NCBI GenBank assembly: GCA_964016885.1 | Contig: OZ024740.1 | Location: forward strand, 125,178,001-125,242,000 | DNA length: 64,000 nt | DNA from: Eledone cirrhosa | Taxonomy: Eukaryota | Direction: 5' to 3' | Made by a program: the position numbers and the translations under genes | Shown: piece after piece, positions 62,080 through 64,000 of the stretch | Layout: every line of letters starts with the position of its first letter | Numbering within the stretch: the first letter of the stretch is position 1 | Notes under the pieces: model-generated | What the model saw: the letters and a program-made list of their open reading frames with translations, nothing else | Databases searched by the model: none | What the model was told of the DNA's origin: nothing

Positions 62080-63540
62080 GTCAGCTTCCAGTTGGACTGG
62101 AGATGACTTTTCTGATGTAAACGTTGTCTAAAATCTTCTGTCTTGGGGTTTAGTTACTTGTTCAGTGAATATAATCCTTGCAAGACCCTGAATTTTTCAC
62201 TGAGACAGGGTAGGCATTTCTTTGTTCGATTTATATATGTCGCTTACTTATTGAATACCTTCCACGTCATATCATGCGGTACTCCTTTTTCTTTTAGCTG
62301 CCAAACCCTTTTTGCCAGTGTTGTGCTAGATTTCATATCAAGTATCCTGAATGAGGAAAGGTTCAAGTAGATGCTTTGTTTAAATTGGTTCAACACCATA
62401 CCTACATAATTTTGATAGATTTCTGGCTGCTTGGTAAATTTGATTGGTACTTGTATATTTGATCTCTGTCTCTTAAACAATGGATTTTACATTACAAATT
62501 TGGGCAGGCATTGTTTTTTTTTTTTTCTTTTTTTGCAAGAACATCATAGATTCACATTTGACTTGCTTTTTACAGTCATCTCGAATCATCACATGGATGA
62601 TGGTGAAGAATAAGATATCCTCACTGAGCAGAAATTGAAGATCTCTCCATCCTGTGTGTGTGTGGGAGGGTGACGTTTATCAACTGGGTCCAAGAATGTC
62701 TTACCTACATTAGTCTTTATGTTAAGTGAGTATCGAGGGGTGAACCAGTTTATTTTTATTTTCCTATTCCTACATGGAGGTCTATTGGGCTTTTATTTGA
62801 TTTCTTCTCTAAATCCATTTTCTGAGAGTACTTTGTTGTAGTATAGCGCTGCCTTTTCAAACAATTCTCTATTAGATGATAAGCTCAAGAGTCTATAGCT
62901 AATAATAGGCACCAGATTATTAAAAACTTTAGGCAGGTGGCAGGATCATCTGTTGATATAATTTAGCTTCTCATTCAGCTTATGGCATGGCTTATGTGTG
63001 CCTGATGACAGGTCTAAATTGATGTCAAGATAGTCTGAGCTAGTGAGGTTTGTATCAATGGCAATCATAAGTCCTAGGGTGCTAAAAGTGTCTATTAAAT
63101 CCTTACAAAACCTGTCTAGAGTGTGCCCGCTGCAGATATGTACCCCTAAAACAGGCCATCTTCATGATATAGGCCGGTTGTGTGGTTTGGAAATTTACAT
63201 TTAAGCATATGAAGTATGTATAATCCAACAAGATTTCATACATCAGTGTTGTTGTAGGATCCCACTGAGACGTCAAATAAAACTTGTGGGTTGGATTTTC
63301 TACCCATGTGGTGTCATGGCTAAATAGAAGGGTTCTTCAGGTATGGTAAATAAGGTCTAGTTCGTGGTCGCATATGGATCTGAAGGTATGAAGGAAGTCC
63401 AAAACCGTGCTAAGTAGTGGCTTGATAATGAAGGTGTAAAATTGGTTATATTGAACTGAGTGAATCTAGCTCTCTTCTTAGATGAGATATTTTTGAACCA
63501 GGAGATAACCATTGTTGTATTATTCCAGAGTTACAGAAAT
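62080..63540 (-). mobile_element. Old Penelope-like element (RT + GIY-YIG remnants)
   Basis: FDVSVGSY, DYLDINLDL, LSLSSNRELFEKAALYYNKVL, NWFTPRYSLNIKTNVGKTFL, YVGMVLNQFK, TLAKRVWQLKEK...MTWKV. Confidence 0.85.
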
Positions 63541-64000
63541 CCCAATGATCATCACATACAAATTTAATTTTAATGTTATACTCAAAATATGAACAGTAGT
63601 CCTTTCATCTTCATCTTCCCCAACATAAGCACCATTGTCTGATAACACAAAATGCAACAATCACATAATTCTCTACATCTCCATTACCATCATTTTTATC
63701 ATTACAATGATAAACATTCATCATCATCATCAACCTTATCACCTCAAAAATAATCATCATCATCAAATTTGAAAAGTTTTGGTGCATTGTTTAAGAAAAT
63801 AGTATACTGCATTCTTCGCTTAACTTCACTGACATAAACGCAGCACATTGATTTTTTTGTCTTCTTTATTTTTGTAGTTTCTATCACCATATATTTTTCC
63901 GTGAGTTCCTTCTCAGTTTATGTAAATTCTTATCAACTTTTAGTATTAGATATCTTTATTTTATGTGCCATATCAGAAACATTTTGTCATCTTCAATTTG

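Overview
AT-rich, repeat-dense animal (eukaryotic) DNA. The SINE/RTE repertoire and the density of (AT)n suggest an octopod cephalopod, but this is inference. The window looks largely intronic. Three short minus-strand exons (57452-57386, 24850-24778, 6298-6228) splice in phase into an unidentified protein C-terminus, ...FLMAYLKKRNPAFRSFVGPLRQ|LTFLEPIFSWFRIEQLSIALYITK|AFKAYLKKYGKGRLPDCCLCLAN*. The rest is a nested transposon graveyard: three long RTE LINEs plus many 3' stubs, several Penelope-like elements (Naiad-type CxCx5C linker), a decayed Helitron with an intact 3' end, a CRE-clade fragment, a solo LTR, mariner remnants, MITEs, two tRNA-derived SINE groups and many microsatellites. The most striking signal is a set of type I hammerhead-ribozyme (HHR) repeats from about five families. 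These include a 518-bp tandem retrozyme-like unit, a CAGAAGA-core variant whose two direct copies bracket an RTE LINE, and an HHR hit three times by a SINE at the same nucleotide. Most entries in the ORF track are microsatellite or antisense artefacts. All calls are by eye; no database search or folding was run.
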